DNA of 64,000 nucleotides from an uncultured Phycisphaerales bacterium (GTDB taxonomy: Bacteria > Planctomycetota > Phycisphaerae > Sedimentisphaerales > Anaerobacaceae), in NCBI GenBank assembly GCA_963772725.1, contig CAVYYI010000005.1, forward strand, positions 239,229 to 303,228, written 5' to 3'. Position numbers and translations under genes: made by a program. Below the pieces are notes generated by a model, which had not been told where the DNA came from, did no database searches, and saw only the letters and a list, made by a program, of their open reading frames with translations. This document shows, piece by piece, positions 1 through 9,012 of the stretch; within the stretch, counting starts at the first letter, position 1, and each line of letters opens with the position of its first letter.

Positions 1-108
1 TAACAGAAAGGTGCTGTCCACACCGCCCGAATATGCCACAACAACCCTGCCCAGGTTTTTGAGGATTTGCTTTAAGGATTCTAATTTTTTGTCACATTTA
101 TCAATCAT
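1..108 (-). CDS. larE: LarE-like PP-loop ATP-dependent sacrificial sulfur transferase, N-terminus (runs off the window)
   Basis: Manual translation from ATG at 108: [36 protein letters not shown], with PP-loop SGGVDS. Not in the ORF track. Confidence 0.75.
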   Translation of the reverse strand, partial: MIDKCDKKLESLKQILKNLGRVVVAYSGGVDSTFLL

Positions 109-149
109 TGTTACTTTCCCAATATTTGTCATCGCAGAGAGTTATCATT

Positions 150-593
150 TCAAAGTACCTCATCCAGAATTTCCGCGGCGGTGCAGACGTACTCGGGGCA
201 AATCGTAGTAAAAAGTTTTTTGTCTGTTGCCTCCTTCAATCCTTCAGGCGTAGAAATATCGCATCGCAGAAGCGACTTGCATTCAATTGAGCCGTAACGT
301 GCCTTGAATTTGTTCGCGAACCGCTTTACAACTTCGAATGTCTTTTCCTTTGCTTTGTTGTCGTCTGCTTTCATTTTGCCGTATTTAAGCCCAATGACCA
401 TAATCGCGCCTGTAACCGCCCCGCAGGTTTGCCCCAGATGCATACCGCCGCCAAATCCGGTTGAGAGTTTCAATGCCGTGCCCTGTTTTAGGCCGAACTG
501 CTCGCAATATGCCGCCAGCACCGCCGGCGCACATGAAAACCCTCCCAAATAAATCGCCTTTGCCTTATCTGCATTACTCATATTCAACTCCAT
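150..593 (-). CDS. C-GCAxxG-C-C family putative redox protein
   Basis: Motifs FSCAPAV, GFGGG, TCGAVTGA, GSIECKSL, ICPEYV. Confidence 0.9.
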   Translation of the reverse strand: MELNMSNADKAKAIYLGGFSCAPAVLAAYCEQFGLKQGTALKLSTGFGGGMHLGQTCGAVTGAIMVIGLKYGKMKADDNKAKEKTFEVVKRFANKFKARYGSIECKSLLRCDISTPEGLKEATDKKLFTTICPEYVCTAAEILDEVL

Positions 594-662
594 ATTTTAT
601 AAGTTTTTAAGATACTTTAATTCTATCGCTTTTTTTGAAGTTTTGTTCAGTCAGCCAACATT

Positions 663-905
663 TCATTCTTTATACTCGCAGTAAACTTTATTGTATAATT
701 CTTCGCCCAAGTGACGTTTCGCCCAGATATGCCAGACCTCTTTTTCATCAGCATCGGGATACCGCATTCTGATACCAGCCATTGAAAGCAACTGGCCCAT
801 ACGATATGCGTCCGAAACCAGCTCAAGCTTTTTCTCCGGGCTCATTCGCCGATAAAGCTCGCATTGCACTTTATATGCCTCTGGTGTTGTGTCACTTATG
901 CCCAT
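663..905 (-). CDS. Small conserved hypothetical protein (80 aa)
   Basis: C-terminal part of ORF 663..1184 from ATG 905: MGISDTTPEAYKVQCELYRRMSPEKKLELV. Its start overlaps the stop of the upstream gene. Confidence 0.6.
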   Translation of the reverse strand: MGISDTTPEAYKVQCELYRRMSPEKKLELVSDAYRMGQLLSMAGIRMRYPDADEKEVWHIWAKRHLGEELYNKVYCEYKE

Positions 906-1198
906 TTTTTTTGTACTATTTCCAATTTTAAATAATACTGGCCAATAAGGGCCAGCGATGCGGCAACAAGGAACAATATCATTGAATAAATATTCCACTT
1001 TATCAAACTTAAACAAGCTTGAACGATGAACAATAGAGAAGCAATTTGAAGTAGCGTATGCGGCCATTTTGAATAAATAAGCATTGTTCCGCAATACGGG
1101 CAGGGTGATTCTTTGCGTGAGCAAAGGCCTTTTGTAAATTTCCATTTTTGCCTCCAGGAAATTCGCTGATGGCAGGAAGGACATAAATTATATGCCAT
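896..1198 (-). CDS. Small membrane protein with N-terminal CxxC...CxxC zinc ribbon
   Basis: From ATG 1198 (GAGG upstream): CPSC and CPYC followed by two hydrophobic segments. Confidence 0.6.
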   Translation of the reverse strand: MAYNLCPSCHQRISWRQKWKFTKGLCSRKESPCPYCGTMLIYSKWPHTLLQIASLLFIVQACLSLIKWNIYSMILFLVAASLALIGQYYLKLEIVQKKWA

Positions 1199-1243
1199 AA
1201 ACCACCTCTGTAACCCACGATTTTTATTTTTTATTTTTCTTAT

Positions 1244-1315
1244 AGCCGATGGAGGGATTTGAACCCTCAACCCCGGCTTTACGAAAGCCGTGCTCTACCG
1301 TTGAGCTACATCGGC
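1244..1315 (-). tRNA. tRNA-Thr(CGT), no encoded CCA
   Basis: GCCGATGTAGCTCAACGGTAGAGCA-CGGCT TTCGTAA AGCCG-GGGTTGAGGGTTCAAATCCCTCCATCGGCT folds as a cloverleaf. Confidence 0.95.
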
Positions 1316-1464
1316 GGTACCGCACAAAATCATATATATTCAGCCCGATTTTGTAAAGGTTTAATCCACGGTCAACCTGCATATTTCACCGCAAAGTTCG
1401 CGGAGAGCGCAGAGATGCTTGTAATATAAAGACTTATGTTAAAATCCTGAAATTATCGACAAAT

Positions 1465-1600
1465 GTCCTGGCGTCCTAATGTCCTAAGCGTCCTAATGAT
1501 TTTCTATTAATTATATTATTTACTCATTCTTTGCTTCGCGATAGGTATAGAAATATTAATAATAATAGGAAATCATTAGGACAAATAGGACAGTTGGGAC
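1465..1600. repeat. Inverted array of GTCCT/AGGAC repeats around an AT-rich core
   Basis: GTCCT at 1465, 1473, 1481, 1490; AGGAC/GGGAC at 1578, 1587, 1596. Arm GTCCTAATGATTTTCTATTA pairs with TAATAGGAAATCATTAGGAC with 1 mismatch. Confidence 0.85.
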
Positions 1601-1750
1601 AACAAACCATAATAAACCAACCAAGTTTCTTGGATAATCATTAAAAACCTTGATTTCGCTGAAAAAAACCCTTGTCTTTAATGGGCAGGTTATTGTAGTA
1701 TAGACAGTTTTAGAAGCCGGACAGAATTAACTTTTTGGAGGTTGTAAAAA

Positions 1751-3784
1751 GTGGCAAACAGTAACGATATTCGTAATGTTGTTGTTCTGGGGCATGGCGG
1801 AAGCGGCAAAACGTCGCTGGTTGAGGCTATATTGCACAAAACCGGCGCGACAAACCGTCTCGGCAACGTCGATGAAAAGACCGCGGTCTGTGACTACTAC
1901 GATGAGGAAAAAGAGCATCAGCATTCGATACAGGCGGCGATAGTCAATACCAAATACGCCGGCAAGTTAATAAATATTATTGATACGCCGGGCTATCCCG
2001 ATTTTGTCGGTCCGGCGATAAAATCCATACCGGCCTGCGAAACAGCGGTAATCGTAATAGGCGCATCGTCGGGAATAGAAACCAACACCCGCAAACTCTT
2101 TGAGTTGGCCGCTAAAGCCTCTATGCCCCGCATTATAGTCATCAATAAAATCGACGCCGAAAACGTTGACTTTCCGGAACTCCTTAAGAATATCGGCGAA
2201 ACGTTTGGCTCTAACTGCCGCTGTGCAAATCTGCCTTCATCCGACAAGTCATCAGTGGTGGATTGTATAGACAATAAAACCGGCAGCGCTTTTTTGATGG
2301 ATGTCGCCGAGGCGCATACCAATCTCATCGAAAGTGTCATCGAGGCTGACGATGCTCTTATGGAAAAATATCTTGGCGGCGAAGAGGTTTCACCTCAGCA
2401 GATAGCTTCGGTATTTGTAAAGGCGATGAAAGCCGGCACGTTAGTACCCATAGTGTTCACAAACTCCCGCAAAGAGGTCGGCATAACCGAACTTATGGAT
2501 ATTATCGCAAAATACACACCTTCGCCGGTTGAGGCCAAACCGATGGTGCTTAAAGATAAGGACAAATCGGTCGAACTAAAAGCAGACCCGACCGGCCCGC
2601 TGGCAGGCCTGGTATTCCGCGTCGGCTTTGACCCTCGCTCGAGTATGAAATATTCGAGCATTCGCATCTTCAGCGGGACAATGAAGTCCGACACCAACCT
2701 TTTGCGAAATGACGAAAGAAAAGGCATCAGGCCGGGACATATCCTCAAATCTCAGGGCATCGAAAATATTGAAACCCCCCTGGGAATCGCAGGCGATATT
2801 ATTACCCTGGCCAAAGTCGATGAACTGAAAATGGGCGACCTTGTCCACGATGGCAAAGTAAGCGGCAAATTTGAAATACCGCTCGTTCCGGAACCTATGT
2901 TCTCATTGGCGCTGGAGCCGGCTACAAGGGGCGATGAACAGAAAATCAGCAGCGCCCTCGAAAAGTTGCGAGAGGAAGACCCCTGCTTTAAGGCTACCCA
3001 TGATGCACAGACCAAAGAGCTGGTTATAAGCGGACTGGGCGAACTGCACCTGCGGGTCATTCTCGAAAAGATGGCTAAGCAGTATAAGCTTTCCGTAACA
3101 ACCAAGCAGCCCAAGATTCCATATCGTGAGACAATTACGATCAAAGCCGAAGGCCATTATCGGCATAAAAAACAAACAGGCGGCGCCGGTCAGTTCGGCG
3201 AAGTTTATCTGCGTGTTGAACCCGCTGAACGTAATTCTGAGCCGCCTCTGCAGTTCAGTTGGGATATTTTCGGCGGTTCCATCCCCGGACAATTCGAGGC
3301 GCCTATCGTCAAGGGTGTAAATGATATTATGGAAACCGGTGTTATCGCCGGCTTCAAAATGCAGGACATAAAAGTTTCTGTTTATGACGGCAAATACCAT
3401 CCCGTGGACTCAAAGGAAGTGGCCTTCAGAGCGGCGGGAAAAGGCGCATTTCTCGATGCCGTCTCAAAAGCAAAGCCTGTTCTGCTCGAACCGATAGTAA
3501 ATATAGAAATTACCGTGCCCGCGGAGAATATGGGCGATATTGCCGGAGACCTCGCATCTAAACGCGGAAGAGTCATCGGCCAGGATATGCTCGCTGGGAA
3601 TATGATGGTTATTAAGGCCCAGGTTCCTCTGGCGGAAGTTACACAGTATAACAGCCAGTTGAAAAGCGTTACCGGCGGCAGAGGCAGCTACTCTATGACA
3701 CTTAGCCATTACGAACTCGTGCCTTCGCACGTCCAGCAGCAAATAGTCGCCGCCAATGCAAAGGCAAAAGAAGTAGAAGAATAA
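1751..3784 (+). CDS. fusA: Elongation factor G paralog (EF-G2/FusA-like)
   Basis: GHGGSGKT, DTPGYPDF, NKID, GLGELHL, HKKQTGGAGQFG, HPVDSKE. GGAGG SD before GTG. Divergent switch I and not in the str operon. Confidence 0.9.
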   Translation: MANSNDIRNVVVLGHGGSGKTSLVEAILHKTGATNRLGNVDEKTAVCDYYDEEKEHQHSIQAAIVNTKYAGKLINIIDTPGYPDFVGPAIKSIPACETAVIVIGASSGIETNTRKLFELAAKASMPRIIVINKIDAENVDFPELLKNIGETFGSNCRCANLPSSDKSSVVDCIDNKTGSAFLMDVAEAHTNLIESVIEADDALMEKYLGGEEVSPQQIASVFVKAMKAGTLVPIVFTNSRKEVGITELMDIIAKYTPSPVEAKPMVLKDKDKSVELKADPTGPLAGLVFRVGFDPRSSMKYSSIRIFSGTMKSDTNLLRNDERKGIRPGHILKSQGIENIETPLGIAGDIITLAKVDELKMGDLVHDGKVSGKFEIPLVPEPMFSLALEPATRGDEQKISSALEKLREEDPCFKATHDAQTKELVISGLGELHLRVILEKMAKQYKLSVTTKQPKIPYRETITIKAEGHYRHKKQTGGAGQFGEVYLRVEPAERNSEPPLQFSWDIFGGSIPGQFEAPIVKGVNDIMETGVIAGFKMQDIKVSVYDGKYHPVDSKEVAFRAAGKGAFLDAVSKAKPVLLEPIVNIEITVPAENMGDIAGDLASKRGRVIGQDMLAGNMMVIKAQVPLAEVTQYNSQLKSVTGGRGSYSMTLSHYELVPSHVQQQIVAANAKAKEVEE

Positions 3785-3798
3785 AACTGTTGGCTGTT

Positions 3799-4429
3799 TT
3801 ATCTGTCGGATTGTTTTTGAGACCCGTCTGAGTTTTTCAGGCTCTCAAGAAGCCGTTCAAGTTCCTCTCTGCGAGGGAGCAACTCTTTTCGTACGACTCT
3901 TTGGTTCAGCCAATAAACAAACCAGAAAAACAATGCTGTTGCCGCTATAAGCAGGATTCCCATGAGCCGGGTATGTGTCAAAATGGCGGCATATACAAAC
4001 CAGATGACACATCCCAAGCCGGGCGGCAGCAAATACCACCAGAATACGTTTTTTAACAGCCATATCTGGTGGTTAACATCCAATAAGGATGTCTCTGCAC
4101 AGTTTGTAATCGAATCGCTCATTTTTGGTTCTGCGCTTTTGTACAACATGGTCTCCAATAAAAAACACAACCATATAAAGGCTCAAAGCTGCCAGAAAAT
4201 ACATTGGCCAAACAAAACCAAGTCCCATCCTACTGAAAAAAATGCCAAAAAATAAAAAGGCAATAACACAGAAAACCGCCGCTGAAATCTCAATGATGTC
4301 ACGTTGTATAATCGAAGTTCTGAAATAATCCCGACTTCTCTTTAGTTCGGCAAGAAAAACTTCGGTGTCAATCCTTACCGTATTCCCATCCTGCTGGTTC
4401 CAGACTTTTTTAATATCGTCAAAATTCAT
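3799..4429 (-). CDS. Four-TM membrane protein, probable anti-sigma partner (one frameshift near 4100-4140)
   Basis: ORFs 4073..4429 (MNFDDIKKVWNQQ) and 3799..4170 (LLKNVFWWYLLP...LLPRREELERLLESL) join into one protein directly downstream of the ECF gene. Confidence 0.7.
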
Positions 4430-4441
4430 CGATGAGCCCTT

Positions 4442-4951
4442 TCAGTAATTGAGCGAGCTCTTTTTTGCCCGGTTTAGTTTTACACCGACATTATTTTGGG
4501 AAATGCCGAGTACCTCGGCTATGTCATCGTAACTGAGACCATCCAGGTACATAAGAACGATAGAACCATCAATTTTTGGCAGGCTGCGAATCGCTTCGTA
4601 AAGGCGTTCTGTAATCTGCTGTGTCTCTGCCGGCTCACAATCCTGCTGCTGTATTCCTTCATTGAGTTTAATAGCCGTTATTTTATTATGCTTCTTTTGC
4701 CTTCTGACCTGTCCCCTGTTCCAGACTAATGCCGTATTAACAGCCACGCGGTAAATCCACGTTGTTTCTTTGGCCTTACCCCTAAAACCGGGAATGGATG
4801 ACCATAACTGCAGCAAAATCTCCTGAAACAAATCATCCTGGTCCTGTGGAGAACAGCCATAAGTCTTAACGACCTTAAATATAAGCTGCTTATATTCGCC
4901 AAGCCATCGCTTAAATAATTCTTCGTTTTTATTGACCGCCATCCCGGACAC
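4442..4951 (-). CDS. ECF-type RNA polymerase sigma-70 factor
   Basis: DDLFQEILLQLW, TWIYRVAVNTAL, LYLDGLSYDDIAEVLGISQNNVGVKLNRAK-type region 4. One more A in the A6 run near 4461 would give ...KKELAQLLKGLIDEF overlapping the next start. Confidence 0.93.
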   Translation of the reverse strand: MSGMAVNKNEELFKRWLGEYKQLIFKVVKTYGCSPQDQDDLFQEILLQLWSSIPGFRGKAKETTWIYRVAVNTALVWNRGQVRRQKKHNKITAIKLNEGIQQQDCEPAETQQITERLYEAIRSLPKIDGSIVLMYLDGLSYDDIAEVLGISQNNVGVKLNRAKKSSLNY

Positions 4952-4967
4952 CTGCTTTCTATATAAA

Positions 4968-4995
4968 TAGTAACCGCAACCTGTGCTTTATTACA
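4968..4995 (-). promoter_or_regulatory. Possible ECF autoregulatory promoter
   Basis: Minus strand TGTAATAAAGCACAGGTTGCGGTTACTA immediately upstream of the ECF gene. General resemblance to ECF promoters only. Confidence 0.35.
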
Positions 4996-5068
4996 AAATA
5001 TTTTGGAATTTCTGTCCGGATAAATCGCATAGTGTTCTTTAGGCGAGCCCCCAAAAGAGTTTTGTTAA

Positions 5069-5142
5069 TGCGCCCGAGAGGATTCGAACCACTGACCCCC
5101 GGTTTAGGAAACCGGTGCTCTATCCTACTGAGCTACGGGCGC
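5069..5142 (-). tRNA. tRNA-Arg(CCT), no encoded CCA
   Basis: GCGCCCGTAGCTCAGTAGGATAGAGCA-CCGGT TTCCTAA ACCGG-GGGTCAGTGGTTCGAATCCTCTCGGGCGCA. Confidence 0.95.
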
Positions 5143-5240
5143 GAAAATCGCGCGGCAAAATTAAACAGCCTGCCACACATCTTATGAATTATAGACGCAA
5201 ACGCGTTTTTATCAAGGCCAAAACTCCCGAGAAAAAAATG

Positions 5241-5269
5241 TTGCAATATCCTTTGACGCTGTTTATCTT
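5241..5269 (+). promoter_or_regulatory. Sigma70-type promoter TTGCAA-17-TATCTT (copy 1)
   Basis: Upstream of the symporter; a related copy lies at 6829-6857. Confidence 0.6.
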
Positions 5270-5343
5270 ATGAATTCAAATGTGTGTGCGGGAAATTAAA
5301 TTTACCCAAAATTCAGATAAACGGATGCAGAAGGAGCCGGAGA

Positions 5344-6729
5344 ATGGAATCTCTTGAACAGGTACTTTCAAAAATATGCGATTTTGTATGGGGGCCGCCG
5401 CTGCTGATACTTTTATTCGGCACGCATATCTATCTGACTATTCGGCTCAAATTCATTCAGCGATATATCGGCAAGGCAATCAAACTGTCGTTTTCGCGGC
5501 ATAAGGAAGGTGAGGGCGATGTGAGCCATTTCGGGGCGCTGATGACCGCGCTTGCCGCGACTATCGGCACAGGCAATATCGTCGGCGTGGCGACGGCCGT
5601 CGCGGCGGGCGGGCCGGGAGCGGTGCTGTGGATGTGGCTGACGGGCGTTTTCGGCATCGCGACAAAATTCGGCGAAGCGGTGCTTTCGGTAAAATACCGC
5701 ATCACCGCCAAAGACGGCTCGATGGCGGGCGGGCCGATGTATGTGCTTGAGCGGGGAATGAACGCAAAATGGCTCGGGATAATTTTTGCGATATTCACCT
5801 CTGTCGCGGCGTTTGGCATCGGCAATATGGTGCAGGCAAATTCCGTCGCCTCGATGCTCAAGGAAACCTGCCATGTCTCGCCGTGGCTCAGCGGCGCGGA
5901 TAATGACCGTCATTACGGCCATCGTGATTATCGGCGGGATAAAATCCATCGCCCGCGCATGCGAATGGCTTGTGCCGTTTATGGCGATATCGTATGTACT
6001 CGGCTGCCTGATTATTCTTGCCCTTAGAATCGACACCATCGGCCAAACCATTTCGCTGATATTCACCTCGGCCTTTACCGGACAGGCTGCCGTCGGCGGA
6101 TTTTTGGGCGCCGGTATGAAAGAGGCGATGCGTTACGGTGTGGCAAGGGGACTTTTTTCAAATGAATCGGGGCTTGGCAGCGCGCCTATCGTCGCCGCGG
6201 CGGCACAGACAAAAAATCCCGTCCGGCAGGGACTTGTTTCTTCGACCGGAACATTCTGGGATACGGTGGTCGTATGTGCGATGACGGGTTTGGTCGTCGT
6301 CAATTCCGGCGCGTGGACAGAGGGCATAAAAGGAACGGCGCTTACCAAAGCGGCGTTTGCCGATCTGCCGGTTGTCGGGCCGATCGTTCTGACGGTGGGG
6401 CTTGTTACGTTTGTATTTTCCACGATTTTGGGCTGGTCGTATTACGGCGAAAAGGCCGATTGAATATTTATTCGGCACAAAAGCAATCAAGCCCTATCGC
6501 TGGATGTGGGTGGTGTGCGTAATGATCGGCTCGGTCTCGACGCTTAACGCGGTCTGGACGTTTGCCGATATCGCCAATGCCCTGATGGCCGTGCCGAATC
6601 TTATCTCGCTGCTTGTCCTTACGCCGGTTATCATAATGCGAAACCAAAACGCACCTGTGGAATGAGCAGCCTCCCGTCCCGGAACAAAGCCGAAGCGATG
6701 AACGAACACCTGTTGCGCCGGAGCTTTAG
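5344..6729 (+). CDS. Alanine/glycine:cation symporter (AGCS family), split by about 3 frameshifts
   Basis: [65 protein letters not shown] across ORFs 5284..6027, 5786..6463 and 6402..6665. The end (TAG 6727-6729) is inferred after a last shift near 6640. Confidence 0.88.
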
Positions 6730-6828
6730 CACTGGTAAAAATACAACTTTGGCAGCCGTGTTATCAGTATAATCCGTGATTAAAACTCATTTATGTCCTT
6801 AGCCATAAAATCTTCTGAGAAAAAAGTG

Positions 6829-6857
6829 TTGCAATATCCTCTGCCGTAAGTTATCTT
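6829..6857 (+). promoter_or_regulatory. Sigma70-type promoter TTGCAA-17-TATCTT (copy 2)
   Basis: Directly upstream of ORF 6864/6882. Confidence 0.6.
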
Positions 6858-6881
6858 ATAAATATGCGAAAAGAACTGAAC

Positions 6882-8210
6882 ATGCGGAAACAATTGACAG
6901 CCGCGATTTGTGCAGTGACAATATGGCTGATGCCATCTTTGGCGGCACAGGATTCAAATCTCTGCGAACTTAAACTCGAGGGCAAATTCATCCAGTACAT
7001 TGTTCTCATAGATGAGAATAACAAAGGCCAAACACTTAATCAGTCCGAAGAAAGCATAAACCTGCCGGAGGGGACATATAGAGTTGGGCAAATTCACCTT
7101 CAGGGCGGATATGTAAATTATAATTACAAAAGAAGAGAAATAACGCTGACTAAGGATAAGCCCGCGACATTAAAAATAGGCGGGCCGCTCAAACAAACAT
7201 TGGATGTGCAAAGACAGGGGACAATTCTCAAACTCGACTATAAACTCGTTGGTATAGGTGATGAAAGTTATACCCAAAACGACAGAACTAAACCGCCGCA
7301 ATTCGCCATATATAACGGTGATAAGCAAATCGCCGCCGGCCAATTCCAGTTTGGCTGAGGCGGCTCTTGCTCGTACTCGTGGCGAGTACCCTTAACTATG
7401 GCTGGCGAACTTAAACTGGTCGCCTCAAGCGACATCGGTGAATTGGGGCCTAAAGAGGCTGAGCCGGTAGTTTTCAACTGGAAATGGTATTATAATGCTC
7501 CAACTGCGATTCTCTGGTTGATACTCCTCGCAACTCTGGTGTTGATTAAAGACAACCGAAATCCACAGGCATGGCTCATCCTTGTTCCAGTAGTTATTGT
7601 AACCCTGCTGGCGTCACTATTAATCAGACTTCTTCCTCGCGGTTTTGAAATAGTAACTGTCATAATTCAGACTTTTTGTGTTGGTATTGCTGTTATTTGG
7701 TTGCTTGCGCACAAACTTGGCAATCGAAACCGTCTTGCGACATTTCTTCTAAGCCTTATTATAATGGCAATAATCGCAATAGCGGGAGAAAGTCAAATCA
7801 CCTCCAACTTTAGCCTAAAGTCTTCAACTGTAACGATCGTTTTTATGCTTACACTGACTCTGCTTCTCGGTATGACGATGAGCGGAGTAATGTGCCGCAA
7901 ACGTTACAATGGTGTGCGTTTTATGCTTTGGTTGCTGTTATGGAGTATTGTTTCCGCCGCGATTATAATGTTTGTATTTATGGCTATAATGCTGTTTTCC
8001 ATCAGTGCTTCTTTAGACAATATTCGTATGATACTTATGCAAGTTCCTATCGGAGGCTTGGCTTACGGTCTGTTTGTATATTTGATTAATCTTCCGTTTA
8101 TGATTCTGGTTTTGCGAAGCGGTTTTTACCGAAAGCGGTTTTACGGCTGTTTTCATTTGGTCTCAATGACCACCCCAGTAACCCCAACTGCAGAGACTGT
8201 ATCGCAATAA
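6882..8210 (+). CDS. Candidate UGA-readthrough (selenocysteine) protein: signal peptide, beta-rich exported domain, GUGGSC motif, multi-pass membrane domain
   Basis: TGA at 7356-7358 is followed in frame by GGSCSYSWRVPLT and then ORF 7398..8210. Hairpin at 7373-7389. The alternative reading is two separate genes. Confidence 0.6.
7373..7389 (+). promoter_or_regulatory. Candidate bacterial SECIS hairpin
   Basis: GTACTCG-TGG-CGAGTAC, a perfect 7-bp stem starting 14 nt after the TGA. Confidence 0.55.
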
Positions 8211-8214
8211 GTTT

Positions 8215-8241
8215 TATAGCCGCAGTTGTTCTGTCGGCTAT
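8215..8241 (+). terminator. Hairpin after the membrane-protein gene (possible terminator)
   Basis: TATAGCCG...CGGCTATA just after stop 8210; no clear U tract. Confidence 0.4.
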
Positions 8242-8558
8242 AGGCTAAAGAATATAAAATATCATCGTAAAAGAAACTGGCCGCATGCCGTTGTGAAATC
8301 CCTTTCAATTTGGTTGCTATACTATAACGTATCGGCAGAAGAATAACTCCTTTCTTGAACAATGATTGCGGCACAGCCTCTAAAGCCGAGGGCATTGGAA
8401 TAAGAATATAATTTCGTAACCGTAGATGGGATTATTGTGAAAAATTGTGCGGAGGGGGAGAAAAATGGTATAATCGCGGGGTTGGCTGCGCGGTACGCCA
8501 AGGCGAATTCGCGGCAGGGTTTTAAAAAAAGTTTATTTTATAAGGATGGAAACTGGAT

Positions 8559-8912
8559 ATGAAAGGGCTGACGACTATAATGCTTTTAATCGGCTCAAAT
8601 ATGTTTATGACTTACGCGTGGTACGGACATTTGAAGGATTTTAAGTACAAGCCCCTGTTTATAGTGATTGTGCTTAGCTGGGGCGTGGCGTTTATGGAGT
8701 ACTGCCTTCAGGTGCCGGCGAACCGCATCGGGTCGCATTTTTTTTCGCTGTCGCAGTTGAAGGTGATTCAGGAGATTATAACGATATCAGTCTTCGCGGT
8801 CTTTTCGGTAGTTTATATGAAGCAGCCGTTGAAGACTGATTTTTTATGGGCATCGCTGTGCCTGGCCGGAGCAGCATATTTTATGTTCCGTAATTTTATT
8901 CCGCCTGTATAA
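8559..8912 (+). CDS. DMT-superfamily small membrane protein (DUF486-like)
   Basis: SNMFMTYAWYGHLK, SWGVAFMEYCLQVPANRIG, QLKVIQEIIT. Confidence 0.9.
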   Translation: MKGLTTIMLLIGSNMFMTYAWYGHLKDFKYKPLFIVIVLSWGVAFMEYCLQVPANRIGSHFFSLSQLKVIQEIITISVFAVFSVVYMKQPLKTDFLWASLCLAGAAYFMFRNFIPPV

Positions 8913-8950
8913 CTCGAAAATTTCCGCCGCAGTTCGCAGAATTATTGTCT

Positions 8951-8979
8951 TTGACACAAGGGTGAATTCGGTATAATAT
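8951..8979 (+). promoter_or_regulatory. Near-consensus sigma70 promoter
   Basis: TTGACA at 8951 and TATAATAT at 8972-8979, upstream of the TPR gene. Confidence 0.55.
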
Positions 8980-9012
8980 ACGTTTGTTTAGCGAAAATTG
9001 AGGGCTTATATT

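Noticed and set aside
1465..1600. CRISPR array
   Set aside because: Units are 5-9 bp and inverted, with no spacers and no cas genes anywhere in the window.
1751..3784. GTPase as SelB supporting the selenoprotein idea
   Set aside because: It has EF-G domains III-V and no SelB winged-helix C-terminus; no sel genes are present in the window.
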